A DNA stretch of 64,000 nt, taken from assembly GCA_964016885.1 (NCBI GenBank), contig OZ024743.1:118668001-118732000 (forward strand). The letters run 5' to 3'. A model generated the notes under the pieces. It searched no databases and was not told the DNA's origin. It saw only the letters and a program-made list of their open reading frames with translations. Both the position numbers and the translations under genes were made by a program. Shown here piece after piece: positions 13,561-28,260 of the stretch. The stretch comes from Eledone cirrhosa (Eukaryota). How positions within the stretch are numbered: the stretch's first letter is position 1; each line of letters opens with the position of its first letter.

Positions 13561-14454
13561 GAGTGTGAAATCACAGGAATGAGTTTTTAACATGATAAGA
13601 AAGTCATCCGTTTTGGAGTAGACTACTGCCGATTAGATTGACTCCAAGATTTGATTGATACGTATATCAGTAAAGAAATACAAGTTCGTGAACAACGATA
13701 AAAGTTTGATACAAAACGCAATGAAACAAATTTCACGAAAAAATGCATTATGAAAACCTTATCACTCACACAAATGAACATCCTACTGAAAATAGTATTG
13801 TTTGGCACAGCAGATTTTTTATGTTGAGTATTCTCAGCAATATCACTTTTGTTCCATTTTATTTGCATCCTGGACTATACAGCACGTCTCTCCGTCGGGG
13901 GTTCTGCGAGGGTAACATATTTGTTTTATGATACGAGAACGCTTACCCCTAGCTGGAGAAGTGGGGATATGTCCATTTCCCTTCGACCAATTGCAAAACA
14001 TAACATAACCGACTCTATTTTATGCGCGGCTATAATCTCGTTAATCGACCTAAGAATTTGAATGGTTCTAAGTTTATAGATAAATAGACAAATTTGGTGT
14101 TGACGAGATGTGAACTCAGAACGTATAGAAATAGATGTTTCATGGTATTAAATCAAACACTGTACAGAAACTGCAAATCTTCCGCCCCTACATATATTCA
14201 AATCAGAAGAAACAGAAAGTTTTGTTGATTTATGCTTAGGAAAACATTGCAAGCAGGCATCAGTGTGAGTAAAAGTTCACTCTGCCTAATTGAAGTCGAA
14301 AACCAAGCCTAAAGCTCACATAAATAGCAGTGGACCATGAATAGCGAAGGCATCAGTCTGTCAATTTTATCTTCAAAATATTATCCTTGACCTTTATCAG
14401 TAGAATCTAGTGGAGGTAATATATATATATAACTATATATATATATATATATAG

Positions 14455-14491
<37 letters not shown>

Positions 14492-14527
14492 CTCATGTAT
14501 GTGTGTTTATATATAGATATATGGATG

Positions 14528-14640
<113 letters not shown>

Positions 14641-14939
14641 ATGTGTGTGTGCGCACACAAAAACAAACATTTTCTTAAAAAACACACAACCCTGTAAAAA
14701 TATCAGAATATCACAAATAGATATATACATATATTTTTTTTATAGTATAGATATGTGCATACGCTCTTACATATCCAGCTACAAAGTTACTTATACATTC
14801 GTATAGAAAATATGTACATGTATTTGTATTCCTATACGTTCCCGACAGACACGTGGATGTTTACACGAGAAAAAAATAATCATACACTGCTTTTTATCAA
14901 TTGCATACATACCTAATCATTCATAAATGATTGTACATT

Positions 14940-15610
<671 letters not shown>

Positions 15611-15659
15611 AGTATGTATGTATTTCGTTTTCATTTTATTACAACTATATATATATATA

Positions 15660-16528
<869 letters not shown>

Positions 16529-16613
16529 CATATATATACATATATATATATACATATATATACATATATATATATATATATGTATACATATATATATATA
16601 CATATATATATAC

Positions 16614-16666
<53 letters not shown>

Positions 16667-16687
16667 CAGATATATATATACATATAC

Positions 16688-16754
<67 letters not shown>

Positions 16755-16917
16755 CAGATATATATATACATATATATATATATATACAGATATATATATA
16801 CATAAACAGATATATATATACATATACATATATACATATATATAAATACATATATATATACATATATATATATAGATATATATATATATACATATATATA
16901 CATATATACATATATAT

Positions 16918-17062
<145 letters not shown>

Positions 17063-17556
17063 CAGTATTTTCCGTTGTGTTGTAATATAAATATTACACA
17101 CAGTAGATTGACAGCTCACGTAGAGTTTGCTCGACGGTTCCAGTTGTAGTTCCAAAAGTAATCCTGAGAAAAATAGAAAGATTTGAATGGATACAGTTTA
17201 GTTGAAAGGAATTTATTGACACGTGTTGCTATAACAGTTACATAACCTGAAAACAGCTGCTATCTACAAAGTTTTAGTTATGCAGACATTCAATATTTCA
17301 ATGTTATTATTTACTGTCATTTCATCAGAATAATATTACTGGGGACCTATTTGGTTTTTATAGAGAACATTAGGAGGGAGGGGTGAAGTTGTTAGAAGAA
17401 TAGTTGAGGGAGTGGTTTTTTGATAGCAGTGAGAATTTTTGTGTATATATATATATATGTATATATATGTATATATATATACATATATATATATACATAT
17501 ATACACATATATATATATATATACATATGTATATATATATATATACATATATATAC

Positions 17557-17607
<51 letters not shown>

Positions 17608-17753
17608 CATATACATATAAGCAGCGATTCTTTGCTTAAACTTGTGAATCTGTTATTTTAATAAATATTTGCTCTACGGTTCTTATGTATTTGATATATA
17701 TTTTCCTTATCGAGCCCTCTTTGGATTTTAGTCTTCAATTTTATTATTATTAC

Positions 17754-17828
<75 letters not shown>

Positions 17829-17830
<2 letters not shown>

Positions 17831-19293
17831 TTAGGTTAATAGGAGTTAGGTATTGTATACCCGTGTCCTATAGACACCAAAGTTCAACGTTCGGGCGAAT
17901 AGAATTGAATCCAACCACCGACAACATAGCTGGATGACCGATAATCACACCAAACCGGAGTACTGTGATTTCCAGATATACAACCACTGATACTGTTACG
18001 AAGACCAGAAAACCATGCTCCATAATATTGAACCAAGTGATTGATTTGTGCGGCAAAACACCACACACATATTGAACTAGGAATATTGGATCCTCCGTCA
18101 ATGTCCGGGTGAGCAAAAATAGATTTCTATCTGCATTGGAATTTACGAACTTGTGCATCTGCTGTGGTGTCAAAAACAAACGCGCATGACCGCACAGATA
18201 AACAATGGACCACGCCACGTGGCTTGAACCCGTAAGTGAATTGAAGGTTCTGCAACTCTGATACACAGATTATTTATTAAGATGTATAAACTTGACATAA
18301 CTATTATCATCTTATATTCTCTCAACTAATCACACTTGATCATATTTCTCTATCCCGTTTTCTCCTCCCATAATTATTATATTTTTATTATTATTTGAAA
18401 AAATCGGTTTTTTTACATTGTTTTCCCCTCCAAATATTCGCTTATATTTCTTTATATATTCTCTATATATTTTTTTATCTTTATATCCTCCTTTATATTT
18501 TACCTTATTCTTACTTTTATACCTTATTATAGTGTAATCTTCCCCATGCCTTATTATACACTATTAATTATAGATTGGCGGTGGATTGGCAGTAACGTTA
18601 GAGGGTCGGACGCCATGCTTTGCAGTACAGTTACTTCCCTTTACGGTCTGAGTTCAAATCCCGCCGAGGTTAACTTTGCCTTTCATCCTTACGGGGTCGA
18701 TAAAATAAGGTACCAGTAATACACTGGGATAATTGCTGGCCTTGTGCCAAAAGTAGAAACAATTAATTATAGATTATTATTATTACTCTTTTTCCATTTC
18801 TAATTACCTCATGTACTTTCTCCTCCGCTATATATATATATATATATATTGTATGCCCTTTGTGTTTGTGTAGCCTCTGCGCACCCTCTGCACCATACTA
18901 TCGACGCCACCCCATCTATGGTTCAGCTAACCACCCGACTCCGGGAATGAATATGACCGCAGCTAGTAAACAAGGACCCACACCCCACCCTCCCGCACCA
19001 AAATTAGACTTATCGTCCCCTACTTTTGCTCTTTACTCTCTTTACTCTTTGTTCTTGAATGTTTGGCTGGTAGAGTCCATAACACCAATCAAACCCCTTT
19101 TATAGCTCTGACGAATCTTACGGTTACGTAAGGAAGAAACATTGTAAGACAATAAAAATCTTTTGATGTTGTAAACGCTCTTGTGTTCTTTTTCATATAT
19201 ACGGCTCTGCTCCAAAGCATAGAGCTAATTATTATGCTGTCAATACCTTAATGGGACACGGGTATACAATACCTAACTCCTACTAACCTAAGT
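17829..19293 (+). mobile_element. Decayed PLE 3' fragment bounded by a 40-bp inverted repeat; HHR-like motif at 19105-19150
   Basis: 17829-17868 is the reverse complement of 19254-19293 (1 mismatch). Remnants RIESNHRQH, EYWI and TTPRGLN are typical of PLE GIY-YIG C-termini. CTGACGA-ATCTTACG GTTA CGTAAGGAA-GAAAC-ATT-GTA is present. Confidence 0.6.
18577..18765 (+). mobile_element. tRNA-derived SINE
   Basis: A-box-like TGGCAGTAACG and B-box GAGTTCAAATCC, core GCCTTTCATCCTTACGGGGTCGATAAAAT, AT-rich tail. More than 10 copies or fragments in the window. Confidence 0.85.
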
Positions 19294-19305
19294 ATATACA
19301 TATAC

Positions 19306-19336
<31 letters not shown>

Positions 19337-19571
19337 CATATATATATATACATATATATATACATATATATATACATATATATATATACATATATATATA
19401 TACATATATATATATATACACATATATATATATATATACATATATATATACATATATATATATACACATACATATATATATATACATATACATATATATA
19501 TACATATATATATACACATACATATATATATATACATATACATATATATATACATATATATATATACATAC

Positions 19572-19628
<57 letters not shown>

Positions 19629-19937
19629 CATATATATATATACATATATATATATATGTTTGCTAGGTGCGTAACTGCAGTTACAGGCGGAGCGCCGTTT
19701 GAAACACTCAATGCTGACGGGATGACGAAAAGGGTCAGGCCTCGCCATTTTGATATCAAATCAATATTTAAGCTTCACGCACCATGACTGAACAAAGTCT
19801 GATTCACCGCCTTGGGTCCTATTCTCCTCTTGGACTCAACTCACCTCCCCAATTTCTTTAATGCGTTCTTTAGATGCGCTCCATCATCCACTTTTCTAAA
19901 AAATATATCATACTCAAAACGCCAGCACCTACGGTTT

Positions 19938-20158
19938 TGCAAGAGATGTCAACATGAATGGGACCTGTTATTTTTATCTAAAGACATTTATTTTCCAATT
20001 CCATCCCGCCCATCCCCTCAATCTATCTTATTCCTCATTCTTTCTTCTGATGAAGGACTAGCGTCCGAAACGTTAAGACCCTCTGCCTGCTATATGAAGC
20101 GTTAACCTAATATATCCCTTATACTGTACCGATCGTGTTGTTATTTCGGTTTACTTTT
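19938..20158 (+). mobile_element. HHR-bearing pLTR-like repeat (family A)
   Basis: Near-identical to 6055-6279 in the opposite orientation. Confidence 0.75.
20043..20078 (+). ncRNA. Minimal PLE-type hammerhead ribozyme
   Basis: TCTT-CTGATGA-A-GGAC TAGC GTCC-GAAACGTT-AAGA. Perfect stems I and II, palindromic AACGTT in place of stem III. Confidence 0.8.
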
Positions 20159-20251
20159 TACATACATACATACCTACATACATACATACATACATACATA
20201 CATACATACATACATACATACATACATACATACATACATACATACATACAT

Positions 20252-21117
20252 AAAAAAGTGACCATTTTACAGAAATAGTTGTGCATGGATACTTGAGACG
20301 TAAAACACAGACCATAGAGGAGATAAACCACCGAAAAAGCCTGGAATGGAGTTCCGACAAGTTTATGACATCACACCTTGAGGGATATCTCTATGCAATA
20401 CAGGAACAAGAACTCCCTACCAAATATCTGCTGCACAAAAAAGGAGGGCCATCAGCTGACAATAAATGTAGACTATGTAAAAGATCGAGGATGTAAGCCA
20501 CATTTTTGCCAGCTGCGAAAGAATGTCATCTCGCTACTACCTCCCCATGAGACACGATGGGATAGCTAGAACCATCTGGAACGCACTTCGGAAAACAAAA
20601 TTAACAACAAACGAGGAAGAATATATTGAGACAGATGGCAGTAAGGAATACTGGTGGAACCTGAAAATAAAAACTGCCACCAAATTAAAGCACAACCGGC
20701 CTAATATTGTTGTTTGGGACCACACGTTGAAAACGTGTTCTGTTGTGGAGATCACCTGCCCACTTGATGTAAACGTTGTCAGAAAAATACAGGAGAAGGA
20801 GGACATCTACGGACCATTGATGAGGAGTTTACAAATCCAGTATCCAAGATACACCTTTAGCTTCATACCCATCATTATTGGAGCTACGGGTTATATACCA
20901 ACCCGCTTGGACCAAAGTATGACTGAACTTGCATTTGCGGACAAAGAGCGCAGCTCCCTAATTCATAATCTACAAATGGCTGCGATAGCTGGCACCTTCA
21001 AAATTTGCAAAACATTCTTGCGATTCAAGGGATGACAATTTCTTTTCTTTTACAACCTTGCCACCAGGAAGGTGGCCGGTCAAAAAAATATACTCGAAAT
21101 TAAGAGAAAGAGATAAC
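20252..21117 (+). mobile_element. 5'-truncated R4/Dong-like RLE non-LTR retrotransposon
   Basis: ORFs 20281..20496 and 20523..21035 contain AIQEQEL, the zinc knuckle CRLCK...H...C, RHD, HNRP(N)IVVWD, EITCPLDVN...EK and PIIIGATG. One frameshift. Confidence 0.85.
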
Positions 21118-21135
21118 ACATACATACATACATAC

Positions 21136-21202
<67 letters not shown>

Positions 21203-21204
21203 GT

Positions 21205-21252
<48 letters not shown>

Positions 21253-21255
21253 GTA

Positions 21256-21432
21256 CGAGGGCAATCCCAAAAGTAAGGTCTCCTTCCGATATTGCAATTT
21301 TTCCGTTTAAAATCCTGTGGACACTGCTTCGGGAAACCTCAGGAACCAAAATGCAGAGAGCGTCCAGAGTGATCCGCCGATCTTTACGCATGTTTTCCTC
21401 GGAAGGAGACCTTACTTTTGGGATTGCCCTCT
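21256..21432 (-). mobile_element. Internally deleted mariner (MITE-sized)
   Basis: ~34-bp TIRs CGAGGGCAATCCCAAAAGTAAGGTCTCCTTCCGA with TA flanks. Interior encodes a transposase HTH piece (DRRITL...VSRSSVHRIL). Confidence 0.8.
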
Positions 21433-22049
21433 ATATAACAACTGCGCGAAATTCGCACTTGGTGGTAGCGTTCAACGGGAGCTCCATTCTCAACGGCTGC
21501 CAAGCCAAGATTGAGCATCCCAGCGAAGCGCACGCATGCTTGTTTGGGAGTGAAGGAAGCACCAATCACAACAGTGTTGCCAACAGCTCTACGAACAGTT
21601 TCTCTACGTCCCCATCGCTTTGTAGACCTTTTTTTCGGATTACCCTCGTATATTGGCCGCAACCAAAAAAGCCGCAATTTCAAATTAGCTTTAAAACCAT
21701 TATTGCGAAGTGATTCTAATGTTAAAAAAAACACAACAACCTAATTTCGATAGTTGGCTTTAGAGGTACACACCTTACAATGAAAACAATGAATTTATAT
21801 GAAGAAAAAAAACCTTATTTCAACTCTGGGTGTAATACTGCTGAGAAGTTACTGAACAAATAACATTTAATACTGGATGCATCGTTGTATACTGCTACGA
21901 TATACTTCTTATATACCGTTAGCAAGCTTCTCTCTTTTTCATCCCCATTTGATAAATTCCTTCCTCAATCTTTTTTTCTCTATTTTTATATTCCCCTGGC
22001 TCTCACTCTCTATCCATTTCTACCCCTTATATGTATCACCTCACCTTTC

Positions 22050-24560
22050 AATCTCATATGATCCCTAAGCCCAGCCCCAACTGTAGTTCCATCCAGCCAC
22101 ATCACTCAGTTAAGCTCTGGACATATAGGCATCCCCAGCCCGCGACCCTACAGGATGTGGAGCAGTGTCGCTCGGGTGGCATGTACAATATGCAGGGGAA
22201 AGAAGGGTTCCTACTGTAGCAAATTCCTCCAACTTATTTGCGTCAAACCTACCCGCATTAGTGGCACTGTTGGTGATGCCTTGCCCCTCGACACCATAGC
22301 TTGATCCAGAGGGACATGTGAAAACAGATTCAAGACAGATTGAATTCCTGTACACCCTCAGAACGGACGAGGTCTTGCTAGCGATCTCCCACCTCAGACA
22401 GTCGCCCAGAGTCATCATCATGATTCATGCCAACAGCCCGCAGACTGTAACAGACTCTTGAGTTTCGTACTGCTCATACTTGGTATCCCAATGTCGGGAA
22501 GGGTTCAGACCTCTCCGTAATTTTGAGGTTCAGCGGCAACGTCGTTTCCTTCGACCACCTTCACGCTTCTCACATACAGTTCAGCTCGACCAACTCTGCA
22601 CACGCAATCCGATTGTGCGAAACGGCTCTGTGGCCGAGTCATTCGAAAATCAATCGAAGGTGACGTTGGGTTGTGGTGCGTGTGGTGGCCTCGAGTGACA
22701 TAGTACTTCCGTCTACGGCGGGGGTCCTGGCCGTTCTCTATCCCAAAGCATCCGGACCACCCGACCGATATAAGACACTTCCAAAACTCTAACAGTATTT
22801 CTGCCTTGTCCAAGTCTGTCGCAGATGTGACAGCAATCCTGGGATCCATGTCAGGAAGCAGCAGGTGGAGTGGATGGCCTAATCTCGCCACACTCCACTG
22901 AAGCACGGGCAAGGATGCTCCGATCCATTACCACTCTCACCAATAGTCTTCCTTGTGGTGACTTTCCAAGCCATGCTCGTGATCTTCACTTCTCCGTCAA
23001 CTTAACTGCGTTCGAAAAGAATGACGGTGGCATATGACCTATTGCATTGGGCAACATTTTAAGGCGACTTGCGGCCAAGATAGCCTGTAGGTCAATCATT
23101 GACGACTTGAGTGTTCACTTCGAAGTGGGAGTTCAATATGGATGTGAAGTGAATGCTCATGTGGCCAGACTCGTTATAGAGTACACGCCTCCTTCGCCGG
23201 CTGACGTTCTCGTAAAGCTGGACATGAGTCACGTCTTCAAATGCGGTAGGTGACGTCTCGTTTTAGATACGTGTTTTAGATGTGCACCTTTGTTGCACAC
23301 TCATGGTTGCTGAGAAACTGATCTCCTCCGCAACAAGTGTCCAGCAAGAGGACCCACTTGGCTCACTCCTTTTCTTGTTGGCTGTTGATGATATCACCGA
23401 CTCCGTCCGTTTCCACTTTAATGTCCGTTATTTGGACGATGCGAATCTGGAGAGCTCGGTTGAGTCTCATTCTGAGGACCCCCGGTGGAACATCCCTGCC
23501 CTAAGACACCTACGACTGGAGAACCACCCATTCCAATTCCGAGATCATCAGTGTGAGCTATTGTGAAATCGAATACTAAGATTCCATACTCGGCATCGTT
23601 CCTATCCTGACTCGGAACAACGCTCTATGCATTCTCGGCTCTCCAATCATCTCGAAATCTATTCGTCAGTGCCAAATATGCAGACCTGAGGAGGATGACG
23701 GGGATATTACCCCTCATTGATACGCATCCACTACAGTTCCTCCTGATAAACTGTTTTGCCCTCCCAAAGTTTACGCTACGAGGTGTGACCTACCAACCTC
23801 CAACATATTGACTCGTTGAACTCAATGCCATCATCCGACGCTGTGCCGAACTCATCTGCAATGTTTGCTTCATCTTGTAATGCTTGCTTCACCTTGTGTG
23901 ACTCACCCTGTAAGATTCGGTGGCTTCAGTTCCGATCCACACATGACTTAATATTGCCGGCCTATCTCGTCTCAATCTCCTCCAGTCTCATCCTCATGAA
24001 CACGATCATCTGCAAGACGATATATCCTGGCGTGACCCGGGATATGGAGACAGTTCTGGCTGAATCAACGGACGAAGGCCTTGTCGACCCCAAGTGAACT
24101 GATGTCTAACGTAACTTGGACTACGTCAAATGCAGCTCCACCTTCAGCCAGATTGGTCCTTATCGAACCATCATCGTTTCCTCTACCTACAGTCCGCCTT
24201 GAAACCAAGCATTGGCGGTTGGCTCAATTCAGGCCTAATTTATCAACCTGTACCCTTCATGTTGAGGCGTGCACTCGCATTGGAGTAGAACAGCGTGTGC
24301 GATCCACACATATACCGGTTTGTAGCCGTGGTCTACAACTTTGGTCCGCAGCTGTTATCTCGCCGCCTTAGTGCAGACCGGCTCCCCCTTCATGCTACTC
24401 TAAATGGCATGGGAAAAAGCCTCGGTGCAATCGGTTTCCTGTCACAACTTGAGCCAACAGGCCAAGACCTCGTTCATGGCACGTCCCTAAAAGTATTAAC
24501 TATATCCCTTTTCGAGGAGGGCAAATCCCTATTTCGGTACACCACGTGCTGCGACATTAC
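22050..24560 (+). mobile_element. Degenerate CRE-like non-LTR retrotransposon (RT plus RLE)
   Basis: KNDGGI*PIALGNILRRLAAK, GVQYGCE, VKLDM, SVQQEDPLGSLLF, YLDDA and LEPTG...GKSLFRYTTCCD, with multiple stops and frameshifts. The 5' boundary is approximate. Confidence 0.8.
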
Positions 24561-25496
24561 TTGAAACTCATTAATCGTATAGAACTGCTCGATCAGAGCT
24601 TTCCTGGGGTTAAACAACGCCATCAACAGCAGAACAACAAACGATATAATGTTATTCTTGTGACTGAAGACATATTTCAATTCTGTGTAACTTTATACCA
24701 TATTTCGTTAAATCGACATATATACTAAAATGACCAATTGTTTTCATTTTAGATTTTTTGTTTTTCTATTTATTATTTATTGCCTGATAATACTCCCTCT
24801 TCGTAACATTTTTACGGGAATAAGTTTATTTTCGTTATACAAACAACATTAATACTATAAACTTTCTTTCTAGCTTTCTAATCTAAAATCTAGCTACAAT
24901 CTTCATTAGGACTCTATATTGTTGTTCTCTCTTAAGATATAAACAAGAACATGATTGTCTTCTATTTATCTATTTTTTATTTTGAAAAATCCCACGCAAA
25001 AGCTTTCTTCCGTTATCACGTATCTTTGCCGACAGACATGTTTCATTAGTTTGATATCATCCCGAAACTTTGAGGGTTTTGTGATGAATGTATAGGAAGC
25101 TGATTTGTCTGCTTCAGAACGAAGCAATTAATAAATATTATTTGTATGTTTTTGTCTGTGGTTTCTATCTTAAGATCTTGAAGAAGAAGAAAAAAGAAAA
25201 CATTTTCAACACATTCTAACACTTCGTTGTTAATGTCGTTGTATCACTATAAAATATGCTGTCTACATGTTTCCGTATCTGAATGCGTAAATGTGTGATA
25301 TGCTTATATGTTTACGCCTGTGTGTGCATCCTTGTGGATGCGGGTGTATGTATGTGAATACGCTTGCTTGTATATATGGGTATCGCCCTGATAACAGAAC
25401 AAGATGCCGAGCCAATGTCAAAAAGTAAATGAAAATACCAAGCGAATGTGAGGTTTGTGGGGCAGGTGTCGTGTGAAAATGAAAGAGACATGTATA

Positions 25497-25527
<31 letters not shown>

Positions 25528-25547
25528 TGTAATATATATATATATAT

Positions 25548-25860
25548 ATTGCTTTCACTCCTATTTATTATAACTAAGCACACAACACACACAAACACAA
25601 GATGGCGTAGGACAGAACAAAGGAGAAGCACAAAACAAAGAAAAGAATCCCTAGTCACTGAAGAGGTCACAGAATGTGTGACGAAAGAACTTTGACAATA
25701 CATGAACAACCGTCCGGTCGTGGAACCAACCAACCAACCGGAAATTTATAAATTCTTAAATTTATAATAAATTTGAGTGAAAGCAACTGGTGCGTGTGTT
25801 TCTCATTGGCAACATGACCCTCCCAAAGTATAACAATATCGGTTTCAACACACGTTTTCA
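25548..25860 (+). mobile_element. PLE family D solo pLTR with HHR (25654-25696) and ~24-bp inverted 5' arm
   Basis: Matches 52690-53000. TTGCTTTCACTCCTATTTATTATA at the 5' end is the imperfect reverse complement of the internal TATAATAAATTTGAGTGAAAGCAA. Inserted in (TA)n. Confidence 0.85.
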
Positions 25861-26367
25861 TATATATATATTTATACATATGCTACAATATATATATATA
25901 TATATTAATATACTCATCTTCTATATGAGCGGCATTAATATTGATGATTGACAGCATATAACAATGCTACTTCCCTCTTGGACCAACAGTTTTTCTAACT
26001 CAAACCCATCATTTCTCGCTCCTCTGATAAGTTTTTGCTTTTTAACTCTTCTATTCGGCATGTTTTTTTTAAATTGCTAGCTTTTTTGAGCAAAATGAAT
26101 AAATGAATAAATTAACTGAAACACCCATAATTAATCGTTATGTATGATTGATAGAAAGCTTACCAGCCATGATTCTCTACTACTCAAAATACACAGATGA
26201 TGAAGAATACATATTTGCCTGTTTTATTTATGGACTATTCCAATATTTTGAAACATTTTTTTTCATAAACAAAACGAAATGTACTTGAGATAATATAATT
26301 ATTTTTAACAATCTCCTTTATTTTTTATTTCTATATTTATTATTATCATTATTACAGGACGATGAAG

Positions 26368-27438
26368 GGCGGTGGGTTTGGAAGTATCGGTAGAGGATCG
26401 GACACCATGTTTTGCAGCATAGAATTACGGCCCTTTATGATCTGAGTTACAAACCCGTCGAAGTTAACTTTGCCTTTCATCCTTACGGGGTTGATAACAT
26501 AAAGTACCAGTCACGCACTGGGGTCGATTATACGACTTTCCCCTCCCCCAAAATTGATGGCCTTGTGCCTAAATAAGAAACCATTATTACAGGATGATGA
26601 GAGCGGTGGATCGGCAGTATCGGTAGGGCGTCAGACAACATGCTTCGCAACATAGAGTTACGGCCCTTTGCGTTCTGAGTTCAAATCCCGCCTAGGTTAG
26701 CTTTGCCTTTCATCCTTACGGGGTCGATAAAATAAAGTACCAGTCACGTACTGAGGTCGATTTAATCCACTTTCCCCTTCCCTTCAAATTACTGGCCTTG
26801 TGCCTATGCTAGAAATCATTATTACAGAGCGATGGCCTTTCATCCTAACGGGGTCGATATAATAAAGTACCAGTAATACACTGGGATAATTTCTGGCCTT
26901 GTGCCAAAAGTAGAAACAATTATTACAGGGGGATGGATTGGCAGTGCAAGTAGATCGTCGGACAATATACAATATACGTTTCGGCAAGAGTTACTGTTCT
27001 TTACGTTCTGAGTTTAAATCCCGCCGAGGTTAGCTTTGCCTTTCATCATCACGGGGTTCGATAAAATAATGTAACAGTAAAGCAAAGCGGGTCTATTCAA
27101 TCGTCTTTCCCCTCCCCCAAAATTGTTGGCCTTGTGCCTAAATGAGAAACTATTAGGGAGGTAGATTGGCAGTATCGGTAGGTCAGACGTTATGCTTCAC
27201 GGCATAGAGATATGTTCCTTTACGTTTTGAGTTCAAATCATTATTATTGTTATTGGAGGCCATGCTTTGCAGCATAGAGTTACGGCCCTTTACTTTCTGA
27301 GTTAAAATCGCGTAGAAGTTAGCTTTGCCTTTCATCCTTAAGGGGTCGATAAAATAAAGCACCAGTAATGTACTGGGTCGATTTAATCGACTTTGGCTTC
27401 CCCTCAATATTATTAGCCTTGTGCCTAAATCAGAAACG

Positions 27439-27480
<42 letters not shown>
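26368..27480 (+). mobile_element. Head-to-tail cluster of ~6 full or partial SINE copies
   Basis: The core GCCTTTCATCC...GGGGTCGATAAAATAAAGTACCAG recurs near 26473, 26705, 26835, 27038 and 27327. An extra 5' half lies at ~27156-27240. Ends in (ATT)n. Confidence 0.85.
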
Positions 27481-27483
<3 letters not shown>

Positions 27484-27579
27484 TATTTTTTAACCATTTA
27501 TTTCTTCTTTATCTCCAAACAAAGTTAAAAATAGTGCAGTCCAATTAAGCTTTCTACGAGTGAGATAAGCAGAGTTATT

Positions 27580-28260
27580 AAGCCTATTCACGTCGCCATC
27601 AACGACGCCATCAAAATAGTGTCTAGCCTAGTCCGTTGGGATAACAGTTGGTCCGCGGATCGAGAACAAAGCAGCCTGTTGATTTCTCCAGTTCGATATC
27701 GTGGTCTTTGTAGCCTTCCATATTGACTCCCTCAAAATACAGACGCATCTCCATTAATCAGCTCTGTACAGAGACGAAGGCCTAGCAACAACAAACCATA
27801 TGAATGGCCATGGTATAGACATGTTCAGGAAAGATCTAATGAGGATCATGAAGGATTTCGACTGAAACCTCACGGTTACCACAAATTTAACCCTATTCGA
27901 CTTTCTTGACCATAAAACAGACAATAAATGAGAAGACAGCATACATACATATAAACACTCACCACTCTCCAGGTATAATTGGAAAGCTAAAATCTATCAA
28001 CAAAAGAATATCTAGCTTATCATACGACAGAGATAACTTCGACGGATCTGCACCCCAATACATTGAGACACTAGTGAGAAGTAAATTTAAGGAAAAGCAA
28101 GCAGACATGGAGAATCCTCACCCAGCCCAAAGAGACTAAGTAAAAGAAAGATAAGTTGATTCTATCCGCCACGTATCGACAACTATAGCTAAGACCTCAC
28201 TATTCATGATTAGACGACATACCACATACACCAAATATTTTATAACTCTCATAATACTAC
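27580..28260 (+). pseudogene. Degenerate PLE reverse transcriptase remnant
   Basis: LYRDEGLA (YRDDGL type), HHSPGIIGKLKSINKRISSLS...F...APQY..TL and KRKIS*FYPP. Confidence 0.65.

Noticed and set aside
17287-17332. HHR-like CTGATGA-AATG...CATT-GAAATATTG on the minus strand
   Set aside because: AT-only stems and ambiguous stem I could arise by chance in this base composition.
19812-20105. Similar ORFs at 6115..6375 and 19812..20105 (SSDEGLASETLRP)
   Set aside because: The similarity is the nucleotide-level family A repeat. SDE...SET is simply the translated hammerhead core.
26368-27480. Repeated ~35-nt motif with variable intervening sequence (CRISPR-like appearance)
   Set aside because: The intervening sequences are homologous SINE bodies, the context is eukaryotic, and no cas genes are present.
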